Positions 37,960 to 47,149 of a stretch of 64,000 nucleotides of DNA are shown one piece after another; the first letter of the stretch is position 1, and every line of letters begins with the position of its first letter. The stretch is taken from positions 1 through 64,000 of the forward strand of contig JBBRNJ010000027.1 in the NCBI GenBank assembly GCA_038230375.1, in the 5' to 3' direction. The stretch is from Polyangiales bacterium (GTDB lineage Bacteria > Myxococcota_A > Polyangia > Polyangiales > Polyangiaceae). A model generated the notes under the pieces. That model worked only from the letters and a program-made list of their open reading frames with translations, did not search any database and was not told the origin of the DNA. The position numbers were made by a program, and so were the translations under genes.

Positions 37960-38597
37960 GACGGCCTCTGCATGATGAACGTGAAGTCGCGTCCCTGACC
38001 TCCCACCATCGCAAGATGGATCCACAGGATGGCGAGGTTCTCGACCACAGAGGCATTGCGAAGCGGTCCCGCGTCAACGGCGCGGAAGCCGGACTTCTCC
38101 GCGACCTCGGCAAGGAGCTTCTTTGCGTCCGCGTGATCGGACGCCAGGTAGACCTGCGCGGGCACGCCCGCCTGGCCCGGGTTCTTGTGGAACTCCGCAC
38201 CAAACGTGTTCCAGCCCTTCACCACCTTCGCGCCGGGTGCGACCGCGGCGATGGCCGCCGCAAGAGACCCCTCCGCCGGTGGGCTCCACACGGGGCCTTC
38301 CTTCCACACCAGCGGATTGTTGCAGTCTACAACTACCTTCCCGACCAGCGTGGACGCGAGCGACTTCGCCACTTCCAGCGCGACGGAGCCGGGCACCGCC
38401 AGAAACACCACGTCTGCCCAGGTAGCTGCCTCCGTGACGTCGATGGCCGCGGCGTCCTTTCCGCACGACTCGAGGAGTGCCTTCGTGTCCGTCCCCGCGC
38501 GCACGCCGAAGCGAACCGGGAACCCCGCACGGGACATCGTCGCGCCCAGCCCTCCGCCAACGTTTCCTGCACCGATGATTGCGATCTTGGTGGTCAT
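37956..38597 (-). CDS. NADPH-dependent F420 reductase-family (F420_oxidored) protein
   Basis: KIAIIGAGNVG, DVVFLAVP, GKVVVDCNNP, AKVVKGWNT, VDAGPL. Confidence 0.88.
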   Translation of the reverse strand: MTTKIAIIGAGNVGGGLGATMSRAGFPVRFGVRAGTDTKALLESCGKDAAAIDVTEAATWADVVFLAVPGSVALEVAKSLASTLVGKVVVDCNNPLVWKEGPVWSPPAEGSLAAAIAAVAPGAKVVKGWNTFGAEFHKNPGQAGVPAQVYLASDHADAKKLLAEVAEKSGFRAVDAGPLRNASVVENLAILWIHLAMVGGQGRDFTFIMQRPS

Positions 38598-38665
38598 GTC
38601 GTGCTCCTGTCCGACCACCGTACGTCGTATCGGGCCTGGCGCCATGGCTGCGAGATTGGACGTTA

Positions 38666-38683
38666 TGTCCCATTCATGGGACA
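38666..38683. promoter_or_regulatory. Palindromic operator, probable LysR binding site
   Basis: TGTCCCAT-TC-ATGGGACA, perfect 8-bp arms between the divergent LysR gene and the oxidoreductase operon. Confidence 0.7.
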
Positions 38684-38690
38684 GTGCTTC

Positions 38691-39596
38691 ATGGCCTCCG
38701 CGGAGCCGGTCGACCCCCAGGGCATGCTCGTGTTCGCGGCCCTGTCGCGTGCGCGTGGCGTGCGTGGCGCTGCCGCGTTGCTGGGCGTGCCGCGGTCGAC
38801 CGTCAGCCGGCGCCTGGCGATGCTCGAGGCCTCCGTGGGCGCGCCGCTCGTCACGCGGACCAACCGTCGCTTCGAGCTGACGGAGCTGGGCGTCGCGTTC
38901 GCTTTGCGCTGCGAGCGCCTCGAGGAGCTGATGCGCGAGTCGGAGGAGCTGGTGAGCCGAGCGTCGGCGGAGCCCTCCGGGAAGCTGCGGATCGATGCGG
39001 GTCCGGTCGTCGGCGAAGAGGTGCTCCCGGAGATCGTCGGCGAGATGGTCCGCAGGTACCCGCGCCTCTCGGTCGAGGTGAAGATGTCTGCAGACTACAG
39101 CGATCTGCGGCGCGGCACAGTCGACGTCGCCCTGCGCGCGTGGCCGCTCGCCGACGCCTCCGATCTCTACGCGGTGCGCGTGGGCACTTCCGTCACCGGC
39201 TGCTATCTGAGCCCCGCATACGCCGCGGCGCATGGAGTCCCCGAGGAGCCCGCGGATCTCACGGCGCACGAGTGCATCGTCGTCGGCAGCGCGACCCCTC
39301 CACGCTGGACGTTCCGGCGCGGCGGTCGCGAAGAGCGTGTCCTGGTCTCCGGGCGCGTGCGCGTCGACAGCTTTCGCCTCGGCCGCGCGCTCGCGGCGAA
39401 CGGAGCGGGGATCATCAGGCTCGCCCGCGTGTTCGCGGAGCCGCTCGTGCGCACGGGCGAGCTCGTCCCGGTGCTCGAGCGCTACTGGCCGGAGACCCCG
39501 GTGCATGTCGTCCACACGGGCGCGACCCCGCCGCCGCCGAAGGTGCGCGTGTTCATCGATCTGGCGCGCACGGCCGTGGCGAAGTTGCTCGCCTGA
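38691..39596 (+). CDS. LysR-family transcriptional regulator (CrgA/DmlR-like)
   Basis: AAALLGVPRSTVSRRLAMLE..GAPLVTRTNRRFELTELG HTH; PSGKLRI; VDVALR; PPKVRVFID. Confidence 0.93.
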   Translation: MASAEPVDPQGMLVFAALSRARGVRGAAALLGVPRSTVSRRLAMLEASVGAPLVTRTNRRFELTELGVAFALRCERLEELMRESEELVSRASAEPSGKLRIDAGPVVGEEVLPEIVGEMVRRYPRLSVEVKMSADYSDLRRGTVDVALRAWPLADASDLYAVRVGTSVTGCYLSPAYAAAHGVPEEPADLTAHECIVVGSATPPRWTFRRGGREERVLVSGRVRVDSFRLGRALAANGAGIIRLARVFAEPLVRTGELVPVLERYWPETPVHVVHTGATPPPPKVRVFIDLARTAVAKLLA

Positions 39597-39651
39597 GCTC
39601 CGTTTCGGTCCGCCTTTGCCCCGGGGCCCACGTGTAGTAGGACCGCCCTCG

Positions 39652-41289
39652 ATGTTCGACGCAATTGCCAAGGGCTTTCGCCAGGCCAAGAACCGGCTCG
39701 CAGGCCTCACCGAGCTCACCGAAGCCAACATAGAGACCGCGCTACGAGAGGTGCGCCTGTCGCTGCTCGAGGCCGACGTCGAGCTCGGCGTCGTGAAGAC
39801 GTTCCTCGCGCGCGTGAAGGAGCAGGCCCTCGGCGAGGTCGTCAAGATCAAGGCGAAGACGCAGTCCGGCGACATGATGAAGGTCTCCGCGGGGGACCAG
39901 TTCACCAAGATCTGCCACGACGAGCTCATCGCGTTCATGACGGCGGAGGGACCCCCCCTCACGTTCGCGGAGAAGGGCCCGAGCGGCATCATGATGGTCG
40001 GCCTGCAGGGCTCCGGCAAGACCACCAGCACCGCGAAGCTCGCGCGCTACCTCACCAAGGAGCAGAAGAAGAAGGTCCTGCTCGTCGCGGCCGACATGCA
40101 GCGTCCCGCCGCCGTCGAGCAGCTCCAGGTGCTCGGCAAGGGCATCGACATTCCCGTCTTCAACATCCCGGGCGCAACGCCGCTCGAGATCTGCAAGAAG
40201 GCACTCGAGAAGGCGAAGGGCGAGAAGTTCGACGTCGTCATCTACGACACCGCCGGTCGTCTCGCGATCGACTCGGCGCTCATGCAGGAGCTCTCGGACA
40301 TCAAGCGTGACGTGACGCCGGAGAACATCCTGCTCGTCGTCGACGCGATGATCGGCCAGGACTCGGTCAAGGTCTCGAAGGGCTTCAACGACACGCTGAA
40401 CCTCACGGGCGTCGTGCTCACCAAGCTCGACGGCGACGCGCGCGGCGGCGCTGCGCTCAGCATCAAGGAAGTGACCGGCGCGCCGGTCCGCTTCGTCGGC
40501 ATGGGCGAGGGCACCGACAAGTTCGAGGAGTTCCGGCCCGAGGGCATGGCCACGCGCGTGCTCGGCATGGGCGACGTGGTCGGCCTCATGAAGGACTTCC
40601 AGGACGTCGTCGACGAGAAGAAGGCCGCGGCGGACGCGCAGAAGATGCTCGAGGGCAACTTCACCCTCGACGACTTCCTGGAGCAGGTGCGCACCATCCA
40701 GAAGATGGGCAGCCTGAAGGACATCCTGGGCAAGATGCCCGGCATGGATCAGATGATCCCGGCGGGCGTGACCATCGACGATCGCGATCTCGTGAAGATC
40801 GAGGCGATGATCTCCAGCTTCACGCGCTTCGAGCGCCAGGATCCGTACGCGCTCATCCGCGAGCCGTCACGCGTCACGCGCATCGCGAAGGGCGCGGGCA
40901 CACCGGAGCAGGGCGTCACGGAGCTCGTGCAGCGCTTCCTCTTCATGCGACAGATGATGGAAGGCATGGGCCAGAACGCCGGCCTCATGGGACGCATCCC
41001 GGGCATGAAGCAGCTCGGCATGATGAAGAACATGAAGAAGCAGATGAAGCAGATGCAGCAGGGCATGGGAGGAATGCCCGGCGGCATGGGCGGCTTCCCC
41101 GGCATGGGCGGCTTCCCGGGAATGCCAGGCATGGGGATGCCCGGTATGGGTATGCCCGGCATGGGCGGCTTCGGCATGGACAGCGGCGAGAGCATGACCA
41201 AGATGAAGACGCTCAGCGCCACCGAGAAGAACGCCAAGAAGGCGCAGCGCAAGCAACAGAAGGACGCGCGAAAGAAGTCCCGCCGCTAG
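39652..41289 (+). CDS. ffh: Signal recognition particle protein Ffh
   Basis: LLEADV, GLQGSGKTT, DTAGRL, DAMIGQD, TKLDGDARGGAALS, LGMGD, Met-rich M domain. Confidence 0.98.
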   Translation: MFDAIAKGFRQAKNRLAGLTELTEANIETALREVRLSLLEADVELGVVKTFLARVKEQALGEVVKIKAKTQSGDMMKVSAGDQFTKICHDELIAFMTAEGPPLTFAEKGPSGIMMVGLQGSGKTTSTAKLARYLTKEQKKKVLLVAADMQRPAAVEQLQVLGKGIDIPVFNIPGATPLEICKKALEKAKGEKFDVVIYDTAGRLAIDSALMQELSDIKRDVTPENILLVVDAMIGQDSVKVSKGFNDTLNLTGVVLTKLDGDARGGAALSIKEVTGAPVRFVGMGEGTDKFEEFRPEGMATRVLGMGDVVGLMKDFQDVVDEKKAAADAQKMLEGNFTLDDFLEQVRTIQKMGSLKDILGKMPGMDQMIPAGVTIDDRDLVKIEAMISSFTRFERQDPYALIREPSRVTRIAKGAGTPEQGVTELVQRFLFMRQMMEGMGQNAGLMGRIPGMKQLGMMKNMKKQMKQMQQGMGGMPGGMGGFPGMGGFPGMPGMGMPGMGMPGMGGFGMDSGESMTKMKTLSATEKNAKKAQRKQQKDARKKSRR

Positions 41290-41290
41290 C

Positions 41291-42792
41291 TCAGGGCAGG
41301 ATCTTCTGCAGCGCGACCGTCTGGTCCTTGCCCACGATGTAGCCGCCCGGTGGACTGGTCTTGAGGTCGAAGCTCGGGATGCCGCCTTCGAGCGTCGTGA
41401 CGCTCGTGATCGTCTTCTCGACGATGGTCATGCGGCCGCCTCTGCTCAGCGCCACGTGCACCACGTCTCCCACGCGCAGCACGTCCGCGCGCACGGCCTG
41501 CCCGTTGCTGAGGAAGGGATGGTTGCGCGTGGCCCGGATGCTTCCGTTGAGGACCACGGTTCCCGTCGCTGAGTCCTCGGTGGGATGAATCATCAGGCGC
41601 TCCACCGTGCGAGGGACGGCGCGCATGGTCGCCTGATCAAAGCCCATGATCACGTCGCCAGGCTTGATGGTGGCGATCTCGCGCAGCGTCCCGTCGGCCA
41701 TCATGATCGGCGTGTCTGCGGCGAAGCAGCCACCACCACCAACGCCGCACTTGCCGCAGTTCAGCGTGCCTCCGCAGCCGTCGGTGACGCCAACACCGCA
41801 GGTGTAGTCGGCGCACGTGAGCGGGGTGCAGCCGCACACGTTCGGCTTGCCGGCGCCTCCGCACGAGTTCGGACTGACGCACGCGGCGCCGCACGCCACG
41901 TTGCCCCCGCAGCCGTTCGGGACGGTGCCGCAGTTCGCTCCAACGGGGCACGCCCCCGACGGCGTGCAGCCGCAGTTGTTCGCCGCGCCGCCGCCGCCGC
42001 ACGTGTTGGGGGACAGGCATGCGCCACACGACAGCGTTCCGCCGCAGCCGTTCGCGGGCGCGCCGCAGTTGTCGCCCAGCTGCGGACAGGTCTTTGCCGT
42101 GCAGCCGCAGACGTTCGCGACGCCAGCGCCACCGCACGAGTCCGTGCCGGTGCACGTGCCGCAGTCGAGGACCACGCCGCAGCCATCGCCGACCTGCCCG
42201 CAGTTCTTCCCAGGCCCTTGCAGGTCTTCGGTATGCACGCGACCGCGCTGCACTTGCCGGCGTTGCAGTTCGGCTTCGAGGCGTCCATGCAGGTGCCGCA
42301 CACGTACGTCTGCCCGCAGCCGTCGGGGACGGAGCCGCAGTCCGCGGCCTGCGCCACGCAGTTCTTCGGCTTGCACGCGCAGGCGTTCGTCTGTGCGTCG
42401 CATCCGTCGGACGGGTTGGGACAGCCACCGCAATCCAGGAGGGCGCCGCAGCCGTTGTCCACCTTGCCGCAGCTCACCTTCAGCTCGGGGCAGGTCTTTG
42501 GAACGCACGCGCACTTGCCGGCTGTGCACGCGCCCGCCTTGCAGGTGCCGCAGACGAGCGCCTCGCCGCAGCCGTCGTTCTGCGTGCCGCATTCGAAGCC
42601 CTGCATCTGACAGGTCTTCGGAACGCATCCTGCCTTGCCGCCATCACCCAGCGTCACGCCACCTTCGCCCGCCGCGGAAGCGTCGTCGTCCAGGTGAGCC
42701 GCGCTGAAGTCCACGTCCAGCACATTGGCGCAGGCCGCCACCATGAAGGCGACGGGAAGAATGAAGAGGGCAGCGAGGAAATGTTTGCTCAT
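41291..42792 (-). CDS. Cys-rich repeat lipoprotein with a C-terminal Hint domain; 1-nt frameshift near 42209-42211 (sequencing error or pseudogene)
   Basis: 5' frame MSKHFL..VAA-C with repeats CVPKTC..CG..DGCG..L.CG.C; repeats resume in another frame (KNCGQVGDGCG) and run to GGGG-CFAADTPIMMADG...TRNHPF...FDLKT...ALQKILP*; one extra G gives a 500-aa ORF. Confidence 0.82.
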
Positions 42793-42801
42793 GGGACCTC
42801 T

Positions 42802-43776
42802 TCAGAACATGCCGATCAGCATGGCACCGCCGCCGAGCGGCCCCGCAGTCGGAACGAGCGACACAGTCGACTCCTTCTTCTTGCTGCCAAGGAACACCAT
42901 CGTGACTCCGCCCGCCAGGAGCACACCGCCCGCGATGAATGACACCGTGGAGACGGGAGCCAGGACGTTGCCGCTCTTCGCTGCGTCCACACCTTCGCTG
43001 TCACACGCGTAGGTGGTGGTGTCGCAGTGCGAACGCACGGTGCTTGCCTTGCCCATGGCCATGAGGCCGGTCACCACGCCAACACCAAGTCCCGCGACGC
43101 CGACGCCACCAACGATGAAGCCGGCAGTACGCAGCGGACGCGGCTCGGTCGTGGCCAGCTTCTCTGCGATCACCGGGCGCGGCGCCGCGACGGGCTTCTC
43201 GGGAACGGGTGCCCCGACGTCCACCTGCAGCTCCTTGGACTGCCCTTCGCCGAGCTCCACGTCATACGTGGAATCCGTGCGGCCGTCCGCGGCGACGACG
43301 ACGACGAGCTTTCCTGGATCCGTCGTCACAGACACGCCGCTCTCGTGTCGATCGAACGGCGCTGCGCCCCGCGTGATGCGCGCGGTCTCGGGCACGGTAG
43401 GCGCCACGCGAATGGTCAGATGCGCAAGCTTCGGCTCCACGGAGACAAGCTTCTGCGAGAGCAGATCGCGTCGCTTGTCGCCCTTCGGAAAGCCCGCGAT
43501 CGCTAGCTTGTAGTGCTCGATGGCCGCGATGAGCTTTCCAATGCGCACCTCGCAGTCGCCCAGATTCACCAGCGTACCGGGTGCGGGATCCAGCGCGAAG
43601 CTGTCCGCGAACTTGGGACACGCAGACGCAAAGTCCCCACCATCACGCAGCCGGACGCCCTCGCGAAACAGCCGCTCGGCATCCCCCGCACCATCCGCCC
43701 GCGCAGTCGACGCAAGCGCAACGAGCGCCAGCAACGAAACAAGCGACGTGACCCGCCTCAAAACCGCTGGTCCCAT
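42802..43776 (-). CDS. Secreted TPR + PEGA-like protein with hydrophobic C-terminus
   Basis: Signal ARA-D; AERLFREG, ACPKFADSFALDPAPGTLVNLGDC TPR; beta-sandwich; hydrophobic hairpin; ends GGGAMLIGMF. Confidence 0.82.
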   Translation of the reverse strand: MGPAVLRRVTSLVSLLALVALASTARADGAGDAERLFREGVRLRDGGDFASACPKFADSFALDPAPGTLVNLGDCEVRIGKLIAAIEHYKLAIAGFPKGDKRRDLLSQKLVSVEPKLAHLTIRVAPTVPETARITRGAAPFDRHESGVSVTTDPGKLVVVVAADGRTDSTYDVELGEGQSKELQVDVGAPVPEKPVAAPRPVIAEKLATTEPRPLRTAGFIVGGVGVAGLGVGVVTGLMAMGKASTVRSHCDTTTYACDSEGVDAAKSGNVLAPVSTVSFIAGGVLLAGGVTMVFLGSKKKESTVSLVPTAGPLGGGAMLIGMF

Positions 43777-45383
43777 GGATTCCCCGCCGAAGAATTTGGA
43801 ACAGCACGCGGAGAGCCACCCGGAGGTCGAGAAGGCCGAGCAGCAGAGGAGGGGAGGGTAGAGGCCGGTGTCGAGGTCGGTGTCGAGGTCGAAGTCGGTG
43901 TCGAGGTCGAGGTCGGTGTCGAGGTCGAGGTTGGTGTCGAGGTCGAGGTCGGGGTCGAGGTCGAGGTCGGTGTCGAGGTCGAGGTCGAGGTCGAGGTCGA
44001 GTTCGGTGTCGTCGTCGTCGTCGAAGTCGTCGTCGAAGTCGTCGTCGAAGTCGTCGTCGGTGTCGTCGCCGTCGTCGTCGCTATCTCCATCGTCGGCAGT
44101 GGCGCGGACGCCGCCCGTGCCGCTCGGACCTTCAAGAACGCCGCCGCTCCTCCTCCGATCGCCAGGACGAGCACGCCCAGTGCGATGACGATGGCCAACG
44201 CGGCGCCGTTCGACTTCGCGACGGTGGGCACATGCGACTGCCGGGCCTCCGCGTGGATGGGGCGGTTCGTCGTGAAGCGTGGGTCGAGCAGCTCGGTGGG
44301 CAGTGGCTCGACGCTCGCGTTGAATGGCGCCGGCTGCGGTGGCGGCGCTTGCTGGGCGTGGTTCGGCCATGAACGCGAAGCCGGCGAGGCGGAGGGCTGC
44401 GATGCGTGCGACGGGTCGCGGACCGCCTGGTCGTGGGCGAGCTCGTAGTGGGCGCCAGGCGCCATCGCGGTGGGCGCCACGAGCGTGGGGGAATCGATCT
44501 CGGGACCGACATCGGCGAGCGCCTGCCGGAGGGCCATCTGCATCGACCGTGCGTCGGAGAAGCGGCCCTCCATCTCGAACTCGAGCGCGCGATCGATGAC
44601 CATCGCGATGGCGACCGGCACGTGTGGCGCGAACGCCAGGAGCTTCGGCATGGGCTCGGTCATCGCGAGCAGCAGCTCCTCGTTCACCGTGTCGGCACGG
44701 CGTGGACGCTTCCCGGCCAGCAGTGCGAACAGCGTGGCACCCACGGCCCAGATGTCCGTGCGCGCATCCACGGCCTGCCAGCGTCCGCGCGCTTGCTCCG
44801 GCGGCATGTACGCTGGCGTGCCGAGCGTGCTGCCGGTCTGCGTCGCCGAGGCGTCGTTGTTGCCCTCGCGCAGGCGTGCGATGCCGAAGTCGAGCACCTT
44901 GACCTTGCCGCCCGTCGTGAGAAAGAGGTTCGCGGGCTTGATGTCGCGGTGGATGACGCCGCGCGTGTGAGCGTTCGCCAGGACGTCGAGCACCTCGTCG
45001 CCGATGCGCACGCACTCGCTCACCGAGAGGCGGTCCTTGTTGCCGCGCGTGTGAACGTCGAGCGGACGTCCTTCGAGCAGCTCCATCACCAGGTAGACGC
45101 TGCCGTCCTCCGCGCGATCGTCATCGAGCACGGAGACCGCACCGGCGTGTTCGAGCTTGTTGGCGACGTAGCCCTCGCGCAGGAATCGCACGACGAGGCC
45201 CTCGTTCCCGGCGAGCTCTTGATGGAGGATCTTGACCGCAGCGCGTTTGCCATTGCGGTGGGTCGCCGAGTACACGGCCGCGGTGCCGCCCACGCCGAGC
45301 AGGGCGTCGAGCTGCCACTTGTCCTTGAGGACGGTGCCGACGCGGGCGCGTGCGCTGGCCTGGATGGTAGAAACCGCGGTCAT
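43758..45383 (-). CDS. Membrane-anchored Hanks-type Ser/Thr protein kinase
   Basis: GVGGTAAVY, AVKIL, HRDIKPANL, DFG, GTPAYMPPEQ, DIWAVG; TM helix; Thr/Ser/Pro stalk; ends NPWDQRF. Confidence 0.95.
   Translation of the reverse strand: MTAVSTIQASARARVGTVLKDKWQLDALLGVGGTAAVYSATHRNGKRAAVKILHQELAGNEGLVVRFLREGYVANKLEHAGAVSVLDDDRAEDGSVYLVMELLEGRPLDVHTRGNKDRLSVSECVRIGDEVLDVLANAHTRGVIHRDIKPANLFLTTGGKVKVLDFGIARLREGNNDASATQTGSTLGTPAYMPPEQARGRWQAVDARTDIWAVGATLFALLAGKRPRRADTVNEELLLAMTEPMPKLLAFAPHVPVAIAMVIDRALEFEMEGRFSDARSMQMALRQALADVGPEIDSPTLVAPTAMAPGAHYELAHDQAVRDPSHASQPSASPASRSWPNHAQQAPPPQPAPFNASVEPLPTELLDPRFTTNRPIHAEARQSHVPTVAKSNGAALAIVIALGVLVLAIGGGAAAFLKVRAARAASAPLPTMEIATTTATTPTTTSTTTSTTTSTTTTTPNSTSTSTSTSTPTSTSTPTSTSTPTSTSTPTSTSTPTSTSTPTSTPASTLPSSAARPSRPPGGSPRAVPNSSAGNPWDQRF
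43860..44080 (-). repeat. Coding hexamer/18-mer tandem repeat encoding a TPTSTS / poly-Thr stalk
   Basis: (GAGGTC)n with GGTGTC, GAAGTC and GGGGTC variants on the + strand, followed by (GTC)n. Confidence 0.92.
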
Positions 45384-45510
45384 CCAGCCTTGAACGTAGC
45401 ATGCAGTCGTGATTCAGGACCCGTTCCAGGCTGCGGCGAGGGCGCACAAGGTGCGAGGTGTGAATGCCCGTGGTTGCGCTGCCGCTTCGGTTTCAGTAAA
45501 AGTCTCTCAC

Positions 45511-47034
45511 ATGAAAAAGGGTGTATTCGCAGTGTTGATGCTTGCCGCCATGTCGAGCGGTCTGACCTTCACGGTTGGCTGCGTTGGCGGCGGCAAGGGG
45601 ATCTCGGCGGAGGACAAGGAGCGGCTCGCCCCGTACATCCTCGAGGCCCTCCCGGCTGACGTGACCCACAAGGTCGACATCAACTTCGAGAACAAGGTTC
45701 ACGTCGTCGGCTACAAGTTCGATCCGGAGAACGCGAAGCCTGGTCAGGAGATCAAGCTCACGTACTACTGGCGCTGTGACGACACCGTCGAGCAGGGCTG
45801 GGCGCTCTTCACGCACGTCCAGATCGACGGCGCCGAGAAGCCAGACAACCTGGACTGGAGCGGCCCGATCCGCGCGGAGAAGGACAAGCGCCAGGTGCTC
45901 GGTCCCGATCGCTGGGAGAAGGGGAAGATCTACGTCGACGAGCAGACCTATACGGTCCCCGCCACGCCCACGGGCCCCGAGGCCACCGTGTTCACCGGCA
46001 TCTGGAAGGGCGACGCGCGCCTCCGCGTGATCAGCGGCCCGAACGACGGCGACAACCGCGCCATCATCGGCAAGTTCAAGACCGGCGTCGCCAAGGTCGA
46101 GGAGCCGAAGAAGACGCTCAACGACGTTCCGCAGATCATGATCGGCAAGCTCGCCGCGAACGACAAGATCACGATCGACGGCAAGGCCGACGAGAAGGCA
46201 TGGGGGGCAGCCGCCGGCACCGGCCCTTTCGTTGATGTGGGGACGGGGCGCCCAGCCGCCGCGTCTCCTGTGAAGGGTGAAGCCAAGCTCCTCTGGGACG
46301 ACAGCTTCCTCTACGTCTTCGCGAACGTCACCGATCCGGATGTCACCGGCTACTTCACGGACAAGGCGTCGCAGCCGAAGGACTGGACCGTGCCCGGCCA
46401 GCCGAAGCTGTGGACCAAGCACACGTTCGAGATGATGGTCGACCCCGACGGCGACGGCGACAACGTGAACTACTACGAGCTGCAGGTGAACCCGCAGAAC
46501 AAGCTGTTCCACTCACAGTTCGACACGTACAACGCCCCCAAGGCACCCGGCGATGACGGTCCCTTCGGACACGAGGACTGGGATCCGGGTCTGAAGAGCG
46601 CGGTCGTCGTGAAGGGCACGATCGACAAACACGACGACAAGGACGAGGGCTACGCGATCGAGCTCCAGATCCCGTGGAAGGCATACGCGAAGGGCGCGAA
46701 GCAGCTGCCGCCGAAGCACGGCGACACCTGGCGCGTGAATTTCTACGCCATGCAGGACAACGGTGGCGTCTCGTTCTCGCCGATCCTCGGACAAGGGAAC
46801 TTCCACAAGTCGTCGCGCTTCGGACGTGTGATGTTCGTGGTGCCCGGTCAACCGATCCCTGGCGCCAGTGATGCAGGGGCAGGGGAGGCTGGCGCTCCGA
46901 CCGCAGAAGGAGGCGCGCCCGTGGCTGTTCCGCTCGACGCCGCCGCAGCCGCTGCGCTCCTCGAGCCGTACCTCTGGGACGGCGGAATTCGTCGTCCGCG
47001 GATCCACTCGCCGCCGCGCCCGCAGATGCCCTGA
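45511..47034 (+). CDS. Lipoprotein with CBM9-like (DOMON-fold) sugar-binding domain
   Basis: TVG-C lipobox; ITIDGKADEKAW, AKLLWDDSFLYV, YYELQVNP, YAIELQIPW, GDTWRVNFY. Confidence 0.78.
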   Translation: MKKGVFAVLMLAAMSSGLTFTVGCVGGGKGISAEDKERLAPYILEALPADVTHKVDINFENKVHVVGYKFDPENAKPGQEIKLTYYWRCDDTVEQGWALFTHVQIDGAEKPDNLDWSGPIRAEKDKRQVLGPDRWEKGKIYVDEQTYTVPATPTGPEATVFTGIWKGDARLRVISGPNDGDNRAIIGKFKTGVAKVEEPKKTLNDVPQIMIGKLAANDKITIDGKADEKAWGAAAGTGPFVDVGTGRPAAASPVKGEAKLLWDDSFLYVFANVTDPDVTGYFTDKASQPKDWTVPGQPKLWTKHTFEMMVDPDGDGDNVNYYELQVNPQNKLFHSQFDTYNAPKAPGDDGPFGHEDWDPGLKSAVVVKGTIDKHDDKDEGYAIELQIPWKAYAKGAKQLPPKHGDTWRVNFYAMQDNGGVSFSPILGQGNFHKSSRFGRVMFVVPGQPIPGASDAGAGEAGAPTAEGGAPVAVPLDAAAAAALLEPYLWDGGIRRPRIHSPPRPQMP

Positions 47035-47149
47035 GTCGCTGTGAAGGGCCTCCGGACACGCAGGATTCTTATCGAAGCACTTAGAGCGCGCCCGCGAACT
47101 CTGCTTGAAATTCGATAGGCGGGTGAAAGCTCCGATACGATATTCGGTG

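Noticed and set aside
37228..39596. F420-dependent metabolism implied by the F420_oxidored gene
   Set aside because: The family is widespread in organisms without F420 and no F420 biosynthesis genes are in the window; this looks like an ordinary LysR-oxidoreductase cassette
41040..41200. Gly/Met/Pro repeat at the Ffh C-terminus
   Set aside because: GM-rich tails are common in Ffh/SRP54 proteins; not novel
41291..41728. Hint domain as a true self-splicing intein or polymorphic-toxin pretoxin Hint
   Set aside because: No His-Asn plus Cys/Ser/Thr junction, no endonuclease, only 4 residues follow, and no toxin or immunity gene
42200..42220. Programmed -1 ribosomal frameshift
   Set aside because: G GGA AGA is not a canonical X XXY YYZ slippery heptamer; an indel is the simpler explanation
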